From an uncultured Planctomycetia bacterium (lineage in GTDB: Bacteria > Omnitrophota > Gorgyraeia > Tantalellales > Tantalellaceae), in NCBI GenBank assembly GCA_964572255.1, contig CAZNEE010000002.1, forward strand, positions 36,103 through 100,102: 64,000 nt of DNA. The letters are read 5' to 3'. A program made the translations under genes and the position numbers. Under the pieces are notes generated by a model. It was not told the DNA's origin. It was given only the letters and a program-made list of their open reading frames with translations, and did no database searches. Of the stretch, positions 63,476 to 64,000 are shown one piece after another. The first letter of the stretch is position 1. Each line of letters begins with the position of its first letter.

Positions 63476-63519
63476 TAGAACATAAAATAGTTAGATACTG
63501 TATTTTTGGGGCGCAAATT

Positions 63520-63996
63520 ATGAAGAAGATAATCACTTTAATAACTATTATTTCCTTATTGTGTACTCCCTGCTTTGCTCAGGGATTAATGGGTATCCCT
63601 GCATCCGTTACGACGCCTACTGAGTTTGTATCGTGGCTGAAGGACGGATTTTATTATCATTTGGAAGCTAATGATGATTGGCAAAGCCCTGAAGAAACTA
63701 TTCGCTTCAAAAGCGGCGACTGCGAGGACTACGCCCTTTTGGCCTCCGCGTTCCTGTCAAATATCGGTTATACGGAAAATTACGTAATCATTGTTAAGTT
63801 CTCAGGATTATACACAAGACATGCCATATGCGTTTTTCGGGAAAAGAACGGCTCTTACAGTTTTATCTCTAACAAGAAAATGTTCCGGACAGGCCAAAAA
63901 AGCGTCAGATCCGCGATCAACAAATATTACCCGGATTGGGAAGAGATCACATTTTCAACTCACAGCAAGAAATACTTCAAGACAATCCATCGTTAA
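63520..63996 (+). CDS. Secreted transglutaminase-like cysteine-peptidase-fold protein (BTLCP-like).
   Basis: Signal peptide. GDCEDYALLASAFL core Cys motif and a downstream His (RHAICVF). 158 aa. Confidence 0.6.
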   Translation: MKKIITLITIISLLCTPCFAQGLMGIPASVTTPTEFVSWLKDGFYYHLEANDDWQSPEETIRFKSGDCEDYALLASAFLSNIGYTENYVIIVKFSGLYTRHAICVFREKNGSYSFISNKKMFRTGQKSVRSAINKYYPDWEEITFSTHSKKYFKTIHR

Positions 63997-64000
63997 TTTT

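Noticed and set aside
1-64000. Mobile elements (IS, integrase, phage) that might explain the AT-rich segments
   Set aside because: No transposase, integrase or recombinase motifs were seen in any frame, and no terminal inverted repeats or tRNA genes. Compositional anomalies are reported only as such.

Overview
This 64-kb window is bacterial, gene-dense, and almost entirely coded on the minus strand. I found no rRNA, tRNA, CRISPR array or obvious transposase or integrase. Recognisable blocks, left to right:

- Housekeeping genes: L-asparaginase, PlsC acyltransferase, an FKBP peptidyl-prolyl isomerase and a THEP1-type NTPase.
- A long run of transporters: an SLC13-like permease with a PtsN/CBS regulator, a TolC-MFP-RND tripartite efflux operon, a TMEM175-like K+ channel, CorA, and an SLC13 permease carrying TrkA-C domains.
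- A 1681-aa secreted repeat protein of unknown function in an AT-rich segment.
- A signalling block: a PAS histidine kinase, a cNMP-binding protein and a DUF2490 outer-membrane protein.
- A Tat-DUF362 / NapH-like polyferredoxin pair.
- nifS-nifU and a thiamine operon (thiE-thiS-thiG-thiH-thiF) preceded by a clear TPP riboswitch with its own promoter and terminator.
- acyP, kptA, a REC-GGDDF-MshEN response regulator, an M50 protease, malic enzyme and a PilZ protein.
- A purine cluster: purQ, a purS-purL fusion, guaA, an isocitrate-dehydrogenase-family gene and purF, plus a second PurF-like paralog far upstream.

The most unusual locus lies at 51.7-62.8 kb. A TpsB outer-membrane transporter and a 1555-aa TpsA exoprotein (TPS secretion domain followed by dozens of GLUG-like repeats) bracket a four-gene cassette for a lipid-linked sugar (ArnA-decarboxylase-like, ArnC-like GT2, SDR epimerase/reductase, ArnT/PMT-like GT-C). 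I read this as a candidate glycosylated two-partner-secretion system.

Functional calls rest on motifs I could recognise by eye. Family names given from memory (TIGR04073, DUF362, DUF4126, DUF2490, GLUG) still need HMM confirmation.
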